Of a DNA stretch of 64,000 bases, positions 22,621 through 37,087 are shown one piece after another (the first letter of the stretch is position 1; each line of letters opens with the position of its first letter). A program made the translations under genes and the position numbers. The notes below the pieces were generated by a model that was not told the DNA's origin, ran no database searches, and was given only the letters and a program-made list of their open reading frames with translations. The stretch is from Eledone cirrhosa (taxonomy: Eukaryota), in assembly GCA_964016885.1 (NCBI GenBank), contig CAXHJY010000304.1:62001-126000 (forward strand), in the 5' to 3' direction.

Positions 22621-22780
22621 AAAAAAAAAAAATCACTTATTCACACTTATACGTACGACATACACACACGCGCATACATATGCGCGCACACAAACGCATA
22701 CATACGATCCGCTTCAACTATACAAACTCTTGAAAGTCAACAGTTGACATAATCTTGTAATCTTGTATCAGTAATGACGG

Positions 22781-22863
<83 letters not shown>

Positions 22864-23376
22864 TGAGTAGCGTGTGTGTGTTTGTTTGTATGTATATATA
22901 TATATACATATATATATATATACACACACATATTTTTGTATATATATATATATATATATGTATCTATCTGTCTGTCTATCCATTTATCTTTCTATGTATT
23001 TATATCTATATGCACACACAAACACACGCTCACACACACAACAGACATACACCCACACACACATACATACATGTAACATGTGTTATTTATGTTTGCATCA
23101 CTTTATATCTTTATATATCTCTATATACTAAACTACAGCTGGAGTATGACTTGGCATTGCATACCATGCTTTCACTAAGGGTTTTAGGTGACCATGTAAT
23201 CATGAGTAGACACTGTTTCTTGGTCCCTCACTTAATCCAGGAAAATGTGACAGCTGGAAGGAGAGAGGGATACACCAGCACTGGGTTGGTATTTTCTTTG
23301 TTGACCCTGAAAGGATGTAAAATAAAGCAGACCTCAGTGAGGTTTAAATTTGGAATGCAGAGACCTGGAATAAATA

Positions 23377-23888
23377 TATTATAAATATATAAAGTTGTAG
23401 TTCCTGTCTGTTTGTTTGTTTCTTTGTTTGTTCACGAACTCCTCCTATGGTTTTGGAGATAGACCCCCATAACCATATATATTCTGAAGCTACATTGCCT
23501 AGGGTACTTGGATAAGTATATTTCATTTTAATGAAAGGGTTCCCCGAGGGCACAAATCCCCACTGAAAATGTTTTCCCTTCGATTTATATGAAATTTAAA
23601 CCATAGGTAAATGACAAGATATGATGCATATTCATAAAAGTTTTGAATTGATATTTTGAAAAAAATATTTACAAGAAACAAAATAAGAATAAGATTTAAT
23701 AATGTAATTTTGATATGATATATTACAAAAAATAATGTTTTCCAATTTTTCATGCATTACATTTTACATTGAGTAATATTGAAATGCAGAGTTTTTCTCC
23801 ATAAATTATATCACTGATTTAAAATCAATCATCATTTTCTTACAAAAAAAATGTGTGAAACGCAACATGACGCGGGTAATTTGGCTAG
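23377..23888 (+). mobile_element. Non-autonomous Helitron-like element (degenerate)
   Basis: 5' TATATAAAG...GTCTGTTTGTTTG microsatellite head; 3' decayed hairpin ...GACGCGGG followed by CTAG|T. Confidence 0.55.
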
Positions 23889-23936
<48 letters not shown>

Positions 23937-24586
23937 CATCCGCTTTTACCTGCTTGCATCGTGACCACAGTCAAACATTTTGAGAATTGATCAACGAAGT
24001 TTCAATTAGGTCTTGCACTACTGCATCTACTGTGAGTTGGTTCCCACAATAATATCTTGTGTATAACTTCCTGCTTACTCTTCCAGCAATGCCCTGCAAA
24101 TCATAACTGTCTTTGAGCAATTGTAGTTGTTATCTTGGGCAAGTTTCCATATATGTATTACATTTGTAATACATTGATGCCAGTTTATGTTTTGTGCAAC
24201 ATTTAGTGTATGTACCATCTAGTTTCATTTCAAGTTCTTGTGTCAGGGTCCATGTACCTGATCTACATTGATTTATCATTGTGCTGGCATGGGTTGGATA
24301 GAACTTTTTGAGGCAATGTTTTACAGCCAGATTTTTACAGCTATTACTCACTTCTTACAACACACAGGGATATGGTTGATCTATTCTAAACTGGATACAT
24401 ATACATAAATAAGATATAGTCCCAACAGAGTACCTTCATCATTTCAGCTTGTTATCATGCCATTCAGTGAGGTGGCATTAGCATCGCATAATCTTGGGAC
24501 ATGTAAAGAAGTCCATGTAAAAATAATATGATTTAAAATAAAATAAAAATCATGAACACTTCATATATATGTATATGTATATATAT

Positions 24587-24862
24587 CATCATCATCATCA
24601 TCATCACGGTTTTACGTCCGTCCTGCCACGTTAGCATGGGTTAGATGAGTTGTCTTGTTGTAGGCAGTGTCCAACAGCTGACCTTGTCTTGCTCATACGG
24701 GAACTGATTCTGGCTTGATTTCTACAGCTGGATGCCCTTCCTAACACCAACCTCATTTACAGTGAGTGCTGGGTGCTTTTTTTTGTGGCACCTCCACGTC
24801 CACTTTACAGTGTTGGCTGGGTGCTTTTTTGCCATGGCACCTCCACAACCACTTTGCAGTGT
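24587..24862 (-). mobile_element. Family-2 SINE / RTE-A 3' tail fragment
   Basis: Reverse complement of the 8080-8295 sequence with (CAT)n. Confidence 0.75.
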
Positions 24863-26168
24863 GTAGGTTTGTACCTGGAAAAGTCACTCTCAATGGCACA
24901 AGTCAGGGCAAGGTGTTTTGTGGAAGAGCAGCAGTCATCCACATAGGCAAGTCTTTTCTCTCCATGCCACTGATGTTGTCCAAAGGAAAAGCAAAGGTTG
25001 ATATAACTTGGAATCAGTGTTGTCACAGGTTATCATCATCATTACCATTTAATGTCCATGTTGTTGTGTCATGAGATGATTGAGATCAGAAGACCATGCC
25101 ATACTCATAAAGATCTGTATTTTAACTTGATTTCTACTGCTGGATGCCCTTCCTAACACCAACCACATTACATTATATATATATACACTATGTATGCACT
25201 ATATATATATACTATAACGCTATGCATGGTTTTACCCAAAGGAAAGGCAAAGGTCAATACAGCTTGACAATCTTAATACATGTATACATTATATATATAT
25301 ATACGTACTATATATACACTATATATACACTATGTATAATGTTGCCCAGGGAAAGGTAAAAGTCAATACAGCTTGACACCAGTGTCATCACAACTAATAT
25401 TTTCCAGCTGAATAAACTGCAGCGCTGTGAAACAGAGTGTCTTGCTCAATGACACAACGCACCATCAAGTCTGAGAATAAAACTCACAACTACACAATTA
25501 TAATCTCAATACCCTAACCACTAAGCCATGCACTTTCAGGTGCCTAGTTATCCAATTATTGACTACCTATAGGACTGATCAACAGCAACAACAACAACAA
25601 CATCAATCAAAGCCACAACCAATAGCTTCTATGTATCAACCCCACAACTACACCTCCACCAATATTACAACTGTTACATAACAAAGCACCAAATCACCAA
25701 CAATAGCAACAGCAATATCAGCAGCAGTAGCAGCAGCAGCAATAAACAGTCAACAACGGAAACAACAATAACAACAACCACAACAACAATTATCATGATA
25801 TACTAGTTACTACCACCACCACCACCACCACCACTACTCGCCAACACCCACACCAACCCAAACACCCACACCAACCCAAACACCCACACCAACCCAAACA
25901 TCCTCCACCACCATCTCCACGTATAACTATCACAACCACCACCACCACCACCACCGCCACCACCACACACCACCACCGCCACCACCACCGTCACCACCAC
26001 ATACCACCACTGCCACCACCACACACCACCACCGCCACCACCACCACCGCCACCACCACCGCCACTACCGCCATTACCAACGTTAAACTAAATATAGCTA
26101 GTGTGAGAGTTATCAATTAAAATAATATATATAGCAACAGTATCTACACCCCTCTGCCCCCACCATAA

Positions 26169-26212
<44 letters not shown>

Positions 26213-26384
26213 ACCATCACCACCAGCTGGTGATGATGGTGATGATATGGGGATGTGGTTGTGATGATGGTGTTGTGGGTGTGATGATGATATGGTAGTG
26301 ATTGTGATCATTGTTGTGATGGTGTGGTGGTAGTTGTGATGCTGATGTGGGGATTGTGATGGTGTAATGGTTGTGATGATGTGG

Positions 26385-29027
26385 TGGTTGTGCCGTAGCA
26401 ATAGTGTGGTGGTGGTTGTGTGGTAGCAATAGTGTGGTGGTAGTTGTGTGGTAGCGATAGTATGGTGGTGGTTGTGTGGTAGCGATAGTTTGGTGGTGGT
26501 TGTGTGGTAGCAATAGTATGGTGGTGGTTGTGTGGTAGCGATAGTTTGGTGGTGGTTGTGTGGTAGCGATAGTATGGTGGTGGTTGTGTGGTAACAATAG
26601 TGTGGTGGTGGTTGTGTGGTTGTAATGGTTGTGATGATGTGGTGGTTGTGTGGTAGCGATAGTGTGGTGGTGGTTGTGTGGTAGCAATAGTGTGGTGGTG
26701 GTTGTGTGGTAGCGATAGTGTGGTGGTGGTTGTGTGGTAGCAATAGTGTGGTGGTGGTTGTGTGGTAGCAATAGTGTGGTGGTGGTTGTGTGGTAACAAT
26801 AGTGTGGTGGTGGTTGTGTGGTTGTAATGGTTGTGATGGTGGTTGTGTGGTAGCAATAGTGTGGTGGTGGTTGTGTGGTAGCAATAGTGTGATGGTGGTT
26901 GTGTGGTAGCAATAGTGTGGTGGTGGTTGTGTGGTAGCAATAGTGTGGTGGTGGTTGTGTGGTAACAATAGTGTGGTGGTGGTTGTGTGGTAGCAATAGT
27001 GTGGTGGTGGTTGTGTGGTAGCAATAGTGTGGTGGTGGTTGTGTGGTTGTAATGGTTGTGATGATGTGGTGGTTGTGTGGTAGCAATAGTGTGATGGTGG
27101 TTGTGTGGTAGCGATAGTGTGGTAGTGGTTGTGTGGTAGCAATAGTGTGGTGGTGGTTGTGTGGTAGCAATAGTGTGGTGGTGGTTGTGTGGTAACAATA
27201 GTGTGGTGGTGGTTGTGTGGTAACAATAGTGTGGTAGTGGTTGTGTGGTAGCAATAGTGTGGTGGTGGTTGTGTGGTAGCAATAGTGTGGTGGTGGTTGT
27301 GTGGTAACAATAGTGTGGTGGTGGTTGTGTGGTAGCAATAGTGTGGTGGTGGTTGTGTGGTAGCAATAGTGTGGTGGTGGTTGTGTGGTAGCAAGGGTGT
27401 GGTGGTGGTTGTGTGGTAACAAGAGTGTGGTGGTGGTTGTGTGGTAGCAATAGTGTGGTGGTGGTTGTGTGGTAACAATAGTGTGGTGGTGGTTGTGTGG
27501 TTGTAATGGTTGTGATGATGTGGTGGTTGTGTGGTAGCGATAGTGTGGTGGTGGTTGTGTGGTAGCAATAGTGTGGTGGTGGTTGTGTGGTTGTAATGGT
27601 TGTGATGATGTGGTGGTTGTGTGGTAGCAATAGTGTGGTAGCAATAGTGTGGTAGTGGTTGTGTGGTAGCAATAGTGTGGTGGTGGTTGTGTGGTAGCAA
27701 TAGTTTGGTAGTGGTTGTGTGGTAGCAATAGTGTGGTGGTGGTTGTGTGGTAGCAATAGTGTGGTGGTGGTTGTGTGGTAACAATAGTGTGGTGGTGGTT
27801 GTGTGGTTGTAATGGTTGTGATGATGTGGTGGTTGTGTGGTAGCAATAGTGTGGTGGTGGTTGTGTGGTAGCAATAGTGTGGTAGTGGTTGTGTGGTAGC
27901 AATAGTGTGGTGGTGGTTGTGTGGTAGCAATAGTGTGGTGGTGGTTGTGTGGTAACAATAGTGTGGTGGTGGTTGTGTGGTTGTAATGGTTGTGATGATG
28001 TGGTGGTTGTGTGGTAGCAATAGTGTGGTGGTGGTTGTGTGGTAGCAATAGTGTGGTGGTGGTTGTGTGGTAGCGATAGTGTGGTGGTGGTTGTGTGGTA
28101 GCAATAGTGTGGTGGTGGTTGTGTGGTAGCAATAGTGTGGTGGTGGTTGTGTGGTAACAATAGTGTGGTGGTGGTTGTGTGGTAGCAATAGTGTGGTGGT
28201 GGTTGTGTGGTAGCAATAGTGTGGTGGTGGTTGTGTGGTAACAATAGTGTGGTGGTGGTTGTGTGGTAGCAATAGTGTGGTGGTGGTTGTGTGGTAGCAA
28301 TAGTGTGGTGGTGGTTGTGTGGTAGCAATAGTGTGGTGGTGGTTGTGTGGTAGCGATAGTGTGGTGGTGGTTGTATGGTAGCAATAGTGTGGTGGTGGTT
28401 GTATGGTAGCAATAGTGTGGTGGTGGTTGTGTGGTAGCAATAGTGTGGTGGTGGTTGTGTGGTAGCAATAGTGTGGTGGTGGTTGTGTGGTAGCAATAGT
28501 GTGGTGGTGGTTGTGTGGTAACAATAGTGTGGTGGTGGTTGTGTGGTTGTAATGGTTGTGATGATGTGGTGGTTGTGTGGTAGCGATAGTGTGGTGGTGG
28601 TTGTGTGGTAGCGATAGTGTGGTGGTGGTTGTGTGGTAGCGATAGTGTGGTGGTGGTTGTGTGGTAGCAATAGTGTGGTGGTGGTTGTGTGGTAGCAATA
28701 GTGTGGTGGTGGTTGTGTGGTAGCAATAGTGTGGTGGTGGTTGTATGGTAGCAATAGTGTGGTGGTGGTTGTGTGGTAACAATAGTGTGGTGGTGGTTGT
28801 GTGGTTGTAATGGTTGTGATGATGTGGTGGTTGTGTGGTAGCGATAGTGTGGTGGTGGTTGTGTGGTAGCAATAGTGTGGTGGTGGTTGTGTGGTAACAA
28901 TAGTGTGGTGGTGATTGTGTGGTAGCAATAGTGTGGTGGTGGTTGTGTGGTAGCAATAGTGTGGTGGTGGTTGTGTGGTTGTAATGGTTGTGATGATGTG
29001 GTGGTTGTGTGGTAGCAATAGTGTGGT
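26385..29027. repeat. 28-bp GT-rich minisatellite (about 2.6 kb) with interspersed 34-bp variant units
   Basis: Unit GTGGTAGCAATAGTGTGGTGGTGGTTGT; variant GTGGTTGTAATGGTTGTGATGATGTGGTGGTTGT; 28-aa periodicity in all three minus-strand frames. Confidence 0.95.
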
Positions 29028-29540
29028 AGTGGTGATGAGGGTGGTTGTGATATGGTGATGGTAGTAATGATGATGTTGTGGTTGTGATGATGGTGTGGTG
29101 GTTGTGAAGATGGTGTGATGATTGTGATAGAGGAGTAGTTGTGATGGTATGATTGTAGTTATGGTGGTAGTGTGGTTGTGTTGGTGGTATGATAGTGGTG
29201 GTGGTGCTGGAGATGTCATCTGTTTCTTTTTGTTGGCTCCTTTGTGAAGTTCAACATCCTGGGATTTCCTTTCAGTAACATTTTTCTCAGTATATCTCTA
29301 CCATATCTTCCTTCCACTACAAACTCTTGGCACATTTTCTCCCCCCACAACTATTATCCATATACACTACAAGTCCATACCAGGCACAATTTTCTCTCCT
29401 GCTCACTATATTTGATTGCTCTTACACCTAGTTTTTCTCTCAAATCATCTGTTCTCCATCATTCATGCATAATAAAATTACAAATTCAGTGGAGTATGCT
29501 CACTTTATTTATTTCTAGCCTTCACATATCTTTCAAATAT

Positions 29541-29729
29541 AATTGTTTCTACTTTTGGCAAAAGGCCAGCAATTATCCCAGTGCATTACTGGTACTTTAT
29601 TTTATCGACCCCATAAGAATGAAAAGCAAAGTTAACCTCAGCGGGATTTGAACTCAGAATGGAAAGGGCCGTAACTCCATGCATCAAAGCATGGCGTCCG
29701 ACCCTCTACCGATACTGCCAATCCACCAC
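29541..29729 (-). mobile_element. Family-1 tRNA SINE
   Basis: Reverse complement of 915-1101; TTCAAATAT on both flanks (likely TSD). Confidence 0.85.
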
Positions 29730-31412
29730 CCTTCAAATATCTTTCAATGCCCATGTTTATATTGCACATTGCACAACATACACAAGATAATGCCCATGCA
29801 CTATATTGCACATTGCACAACATACACAAACATCATGCTAACTTCCCTTCACTAAGAGAGAAACTCTTTGTTGCCAGCAGACATATTAAATAGCCCTGTG
29901 AACATTTTGTACCTTGTTCTTACTCTGTCCACGATGCTTTTGGAGCACTCTCCTCTACTGCTAATTAGGTCACTTAGGTAAATGAAGCTGTCATTTATTT
30001 CTAGGGAACATGGGTGCCCTCATTGCTATTCCTATACACATGCTAAATTACGAAGTTATCTTGCCTGTAATTCCACAGTTTATATTGGTTACACCATATG
30101 AAATTCCTACCTTCTTTTTTTTTTACATAATTAGCATGGCAATTTCTCAGGTGAGAGTAGAGTCATGTCTTCTATCTGCCTAACTAAAACTTTTGTCTTC
30201 AGGCCTCACAATTTTAGGTTTAGGCCTCTATGTTTGGAATTTATTCTCTAACTCTTTGATAGACTCACCTATCAGAACTTGGTCATTAACTTACAAGAAT
30301 TCATTCTCTCGTGGTAACAATTATGACCACTACCAGAATATATGTGGTTGCCTGAGACCTACGAAATCTAGCAGCCAAATCTTGCTAAATTCTTTTGCTA
30401 CCATATTTCTAATTCAAAGGCACTGCCTAAGATTTTCAAATAATTTGGAAAATAATTAAGAATTCAGAAGGATTTAGTAATATAACCAACTTTATCATTA
30501 TTAAGCTCATGCTAGAAACATAGCTTGTAACTAATATGATTTTCAGTTAATTTCAATGATGACTAAAGTTTTTGGAAGGGTTTAGGGATATAAATGACTT
30601 TCTCCTAAGGTGGGGTTTGGAACATAACTTAACAAAGGTTTATCATCATCATTACCCTTTTTACATCTGCTTTTCTTGTTGCCATGAGTTGTCATGTTAA
30701 AGGTAGACCAATCAGATGACCACATCTTGCTCATGCATTCCATATTTGGCATGGTTTCTATAGCTGGATGCTCTACCTAATACCAAACACTTTACAGGGT
30801 GTACTGGGTGTGTTTTATCATAGCATCAGCACTAGAAAGGTTTTGAGATGATTATCCTCACAGAATTATGATAGAAAGTTTTTAGATAAATATACAATAC
30901 AACAGTTTTGTATGGTAAAACCCAGGACAGTTTCAGGCAGTCTATTATCAAACAGATTAATTTACATATATTGGATATATTAGATAAAGTTACCCTAAAT
31001 ATAAACTGCTTAAGAAAAGTATATGGTGGTCAAGGCTGTGAGGAAGACCTCTGTGTGCTAGAAATAACAGTCAAATCTCCCTAATATATTTACGAAAACA
31101 CACTCTGGATAGAAAAGTCTGTGATACACTATGTCTGAATTACAAAATGGAATGGGTTTGTTTACTCAGGGTTGACTTAGGGCTAAACAACAACAACAAC
31201 AACAACAACAACAGCAACAGCAGCAGCAGCAGCAATAACAACAGACATAAAGAAACAGAATGGACAGTGAGGAGTGTACAGCATGGCCTAAATGCAACAG
31301 TGTATCAGACACATTTAACTGAATGTTGAACGTTCATACTAGTTTTAAATGTTTTCATACTAAACTGCCTTAAATAACCTCTAGTTTTATGATACTAATC
31401 TGTTTATTCTAA

Positions 31413-31627
31413 CCCTTTAGCATTACACTATATTTACTATCGCATGTTAGTGGTAAAGGCTTTATCTCACATAATTACCTCATATAATATCGACTCTATG
31501 AGATTTTGTTAATATTCATTTTGAGAATAATACTTAAACATCAGTCTGAATGGCCAGTTACGGCCAGTTTGAACAGAAAGAGGTGAGAGAATTCTGGCCA
31601 GATACAGCCGGTTTAAATGCTAAAGGG
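31413..31627 (+). mobile_element. piggyBac-type TTAA MITE, copy 1
   Basis: TIR CCCTTTAGCATT...AATGCTAAAGGG, flanks CTAA / TTAA. Confidence 0.8.
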
Positions 31628-31910
31628 TTAAAGTGTTTATATATGTATCTGAAAGTGAATGCACATGATGAAGGTGTTCAGCTCATGACCATAATAGTCA
31701 TGAATTTGATGCCCAGTAGCACACTGTGTCTTTGAACAAGACAGTTTATTTCACAATTGCTCCAATCTATTCAGCTAGTACCAAGCCTATGCAACAAGTG
31801 TTTTAAGGCCATTTTCCCTGCTAAAGCAAGGGGCATGACAAGTAGTTACTTTAGTTGCCCCTTATGACACACATGGATACAGTGTAACCCCCCCCCCCCC
31901 CCCATTTTAA

Positions 31911-32131
31911 CCCTTTAGCATTTAAACTGGACATATCTGGCCAGAATTCTCTCACCTTTTTCTGGTCAAACTGGCTTTAACTGGTCGCTCATACTGATGT
32001 TAAAGTACTGTTCTCAAAATAAATAATATTAAAATCTTATAGATTCGATATTATGTGAGATAATTATGAAAGATAAAGCCTTTACCACTAAAATACAATA
32101 GTATATATAGAGTAATGTAAATGCTAAAGGG
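31911..32131 (-). mobile_element. piggyBac-type TTAA MITE, copy 2 (inverted relative to copy 1)
   Basis: TTAA-CCCTTTAGCATTT...AAATGCTAAAGGG-TTAA; internal sequence is a diverged reverse complement of copy 1. Confidence 0.82.
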
Positions 32132-32577
32132 TTAAACCAGATACACACTCAAGTTTGTAATATCTTTAATAACACAAATAGCAATTACCTTGAATTAATC
32201 ATTGATACATACACAACAGTACCTACCTATACATGGCCTTCACAAATACTTTCAGTGACATAGCAAAAAAAAAAGAAATGTTGCTTTGAACAGCTATAAA
32301 AGGTATTTAACAAAGGCAGACATTCATAAGGATAAACATCATACATTTTGTTATTGACTCTATTTTCGCTATTGTTGTTGCTGTGAATATCGTTGTTGCT
32401 GAGAATATTGTTGTTGTAGTTAATGCTGCTGCTGTTGCTCTAGACATTGTGGTTGTTGTTGTTGTTACTCTTATTGTTGTTGTTTCTGAGAATTAGTATG
32501 GTATTAGTATTAAATCATAAACGAACAACCAAACAAAATGATTCTGAGTATATTCTCTCCCCACTTCTCTCTCTCTT

Positions 32578-32646
<69 letters not shown>

Positions 32647-32874
32647 TCATCATCATCATCAACGTTTAACGTCCGTGTTCCATGCTTGCATGGGTTTGGA
32701 CGGGGGTAGTCCCACTTGAGGCAAGAGTGATTTTCTTGCTCGCATAGGACTGTCTGGCAGGTTTTCTACAGTTGGATGCCCTTCCTAACACCAACCACAT
32801 TTACAGTATATATATATATACTCTTTTACCTGTTTCAGCCATCCGGCTGAGGCCATGCTGGGGCACCGCCCTTG

Positions 32875-32907
<33 letters not shown>

Positions 32908-32908
<1 letters not shown>

Positions 32909-33234
32909 ATCATTTCATTTTACGTCCACTTTTTCCCTGCTTGCAAGGGTGGGACGGGAACTGATTCTGGCTTGATTTCTACAGCTGGATGCCCTTCCTA
33001 ACACCAACCTCATTTACAGTGAGTGCTGGGTGCTTTTTTGCCGTGGCACCTCCACGACCACTTTGCAGTGGAATGATAGGGACCTAAGTCCCTATCATCT
33101 CATTTCTACAGCTGAGTAAACTGGAGCAATGTGAAATAAAGTGTCTTGCTCAAAGAAACAACACATCACCCGGTCTGAGAATTGAACTCACAACCTTTCA
33201 ATTGCAAGGCCAATGCTCTAACCACTAAGCCATG
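32908..33234 (-). mobile_element. Composite family-2 SINE with RTE subfamily-B terminus
   Basis: Same head as 7914; tail switches at CCCGT to CCCACCCTTGCAAGCAGGG. Confidence 0.8.
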
Positions 33235-33884
33235 TAATATATATATATATATATCATCATCATCATCATCATTGCTTAATGCCATGGGTGTGGTTCCCTG
33301 CTACAAAAGACAAACCTATGAGTATTCAAGTGAAATGTCTTTCAGACGCTTTGTTTGACAGGTTTTTAACAGCTGGGGTGTTCTTTCTATCACCAACTAT
33401 TTCACAGTATCTGGGTGATCTTTTGTATAGATTACCAACTCTAGGAAGATTGTCAAGTCTGTGACACAAATGAAAAGATCTGAATCTTTCTTTGGCAAGT
33501 TTTCTAAAGCTAGATGCCCTTCCTATCACCAATATATATTATCATCACTATATTATGTCCACTTTTCCATGCTTGCATGGGTAGGATGGGTCTTTTCGGG
33601 ACAGCATCCCTCCACTCATCATATTCCTTCATCATCTCCTCTATGAGCTTCAGCAATTTGTGATCAGCTGTAACCACCTCCACGCAGGCCTTCCTTGGTC
33701 TTCCTCGACTGCAGCTTTCTTCCACAGGGAATTTTAGGCACTGCTAATTAGATCACCTAGGTAGCAGAAGCTATCAACCATTTCTATGGGTCCTTCCTAA
33801 GATTGGAAAAGGTTTATTTCACTGATGCTCTTACTACTAACTATCTCTATACATCTACTACATACAAAGTTTACTTTTCCTGTT

Positions 33885-34250
33885 AGTCTGTCTGGTGTCC
33901 CACCACTTTCTGCAGCCGCAACCTGGTGCAGTCTGTGACTGACCCAGGTTCTGCTGCACGTCGGGCTGAGGGGGCCAAACTCCTCAAATACCGGTTGCTC
34001 TCTGACAGGTTTGTGGTCGTTCCCCTGGCAGTGTAAACTTCTGGTGTCCTTGGCCCCAGGGCTACCTCCTTACTCACCACTATAGGCGATGAGCTGGCCA
34101 GCTGTAGGTGTGAGCCCCGCGAGTTGGAGTGGCTTTTCCAGCGCGTCTCCCTTGCCGTACTCCGGGGAAACGCCTTCTCCATTCTGTCCGCCGGGGCTGT
34201 GGGTGGGCTCCATCACGTACCAATACATTAGTTAAATACCATTCTTTCAT
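33885..34250 (+). mobile_element. CRE-like non-LTR element 3' fragment (restriction-like endonuclease end)
   Basis: AARRAEGAKLLKY...FVVVPLAV*TSGVLGP...FQRVSLAVLRGNA. Confidence 0.7.
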
Positions 34251-34611
34251 CACAAAGAAATTATATTGCTCAACACCTCTTGTGTACTCAAGATTTACAT
34301 TGTGTACATCATAAAGAGTTTCTGCCTACTCCTTTTTCTACATATCGAGCATTGCCACTTCAATGATGGGATCAGGGCATTATCTTCTTTCCTACTTATT
34401 AATACTTATCCCACTTGAAGCAAGATTGGTCGTCTCGCTCGTATAGGACTGTCTATATATAAATATGAGCTCTTCATGCACAAGCAGTGTATATACAGGC
34501 ATCCACAATCAGGTGTTGCCAGACAAAAAAAATATTAAAAACTTTCCAGTCCTCACACACCCATACGCCCCCCCCCCCCACACACACACACAGACATATA
34601 TATATATACAC

Positions 34612-36176
34612 TTGTACCTAGCTAAAAGTAAGCCACTCTACCTGGCATTTGTCGACCTTGAGAAAGCATTTGACAGAGTTCCACGTGCTGTAATCTGGTG
34701 GGCTCTTAGAAAACTAGGAGTAGATGAATGGCTTGTGAAAGCGGTACAAGCCATGTATAGGGGAGCAGTCAGCAAAGTTAGGATTAGCAATGAGTATAGC
34801 GAGGAATTTAGCGTACAGGTTGGGGTCCACCAGGGCTCTGTTCTTAGCCCCCTCCTGTTCATCATAGTCCTGCAGGCAATAACGGAGGAATTTAAGACCG
34901 GATGCTCATGGGAACTCCTGTATGCTGATGACCTCGCACTTATAGCTGAATCTATGGTAGAACTAGAGAAGAAATTCCAAACTTGGAAGCAGGGACTGGA
35001 AAGAAAGGGTCTCAAAGTCAACATGACAAAGACTAAGGTCCTTGTAAGTAGACGAGAAAACAGAACCCAGATCCCCTCAGGGAAATGGCCTTGCTCAGTA
35101 TGTAGGAAAGGTGTAGGTAGGAACTCCATTCTCTGCCCCAAATGCAAACAATGGGTACACAAGAGATGTAGCGGAATCTCAGGAAGCTTAATTAAGAATG
35201 TAGGATTCACATGCAGCAGCTGTGCTGGGACAGCAAGCAGCAAACAGCCACAGGAAACAAGTACCACCAATCTCTGGGAGGGCTCTGTAGAAACAGTAGA
35301 CAGCTTCTGCTACCTAGGTGACCGAATTAGCAGCGGAGGTGGGTGTTCAGAAAGTACAATAACTAGGGTAAGAATGGGATGGAAGAAGTTTAGGGAACTA
35401 CTACCACTGCTAGCTGCAAAAGGCTTCTCCCTCAGAATGAAAGGCAGACTGTATGATGCGTGTATCTGAACAGCGATGTTGCATGGTAGTGAGACCTGGG
35501 CGCTGAAGGTGGAAGACTTACGTAGATTAGAGAGAAACGAAGCCTGCATGCTCCGATGGATGTGTAACAGTAATATACGTGAACGACAAAGCATAAATGA
35601 ATTGAGAGAGAGACTGAGCATAAGAGGAATCAAATGCTGTGTGCAGGAGAGGCGGTTGCGCTGGTATGGACATGTGATGCGTATGAAGGATGACAGCTGC
35701 ATAAAAAGATGCAGAGCACTAGAAGTTGATGGAAACCGCGGAGTGGGGAGACCCAAGATGACTTGGGATGAGGTGCTAAAAGCCGACCTTACCCAACTAC
35801 ACCTCTCAAAGACAATGACACACGACCGTGACTTCTGGCGTCACGCAGTAATACAGAGTACCCAACCTCCCATGGGTACAAGCTGAAGCATATAGACAAT
35901 ATGCCCCACACCCCCCACCGCAAGGTGGTCGTGGAGGTGCCACGGCAAAAAAGCACCCAGCCCACACTGTAAAGTGGACGTGTAGGCGCCACGAAAAAGC
36001 ACCCAGCACTCACTGTAAATAAGGTTGGTGTTAGGAAGGGCATCCAGCTGTAGAAATCAAGCCAAATCAGTTCCTGTATGAGCAAGGCATGGTCAGCCGA
36101 CCAGACACTGCCCACAACAGGACAACCCGTCTAACCCATGCTAGCGTGGAAGAACGGACGTAAAACGGTGATGATG
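34612..36176 (+). mobile_element. 5'-truncated RTE subfamily A copy with a nonsense codon at 35467-35469
   Basis: Very similar to 12418-13975; CGA>TGA relative to the intact copy. Confidence 0.92.
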
Positions 36177-37087
36177 ACACTTGCAATTGAATACACAGGC
36201 TAAAACACACACATACACATATACACAAATATATATACACACACAAGTAGGCATGCCTATGTACGCAAACACTTACGTATGCACACATGCAAAAAAATAG
36301 GCCCAATTTCTATATAATTCATATGTATATATGATATTACACATACATATATTATATATAAATATATATAGTGTGCAAGAGAGAAGACTACATTGGTATA
36401 GCACACTATGCAGTGTTGGGAGAAGACTCTTACCCTTCCACTAACACTCCCTAACACATAACAGTTATTCTCAACTTCACTACTTCACCCCCACCCGCAT
36501 TATTGGCACCCCACCTCCATTATTGGCACCCCACTCCCACCAATGAAGTGGTCAGTGATAGGAAGGGCTTCCGGCCATCGAGAGCTTGCCAAGCAAACAA
36601 ACAAAAAGTCGGGAGGACCCTTCGGTCATTTCATGGACATACTTCCTAGTGTTGGTGATCTACATGATAAACACACCCAGTACAGTGGTTGGTGATAGGA
36701 AGGGCATCCAGATATAGAAATCTTGCCAAACAAAGGGTTGGGAGGGCCGTGGGAGAGCCCTCAGTTATGACAAAGGCAGGACAACCTCTCCTGAACACTT
36801 AATGGAATGTGAGACCGTACATAAGCGCACATCCCTGGCCTGCCTGGGAAATCAGTGGCTCCATGTCAGTACCGACTTGGTCTATATAGACCCGTCCAAA
36901 CCTTGCAAGCAGGGAAAGTGGACATTAAAATGACAACGATGATGATGATGATATATATATACATATATATTATATATATATACATATGATATATATATAT
37001 GATATATATATATGATATATATACATATGATATATATATACATATATATTGTATATATATACATATGATATATATATACATATATAT

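Noticed and set aside
26171-29219. 882-1000 aa His/Thr/Pro-rich ORFs
   Set aside because: Open in all three minus frames only because the 28-bp satellite lacks stop codons on that strand; no splice or domain evidence
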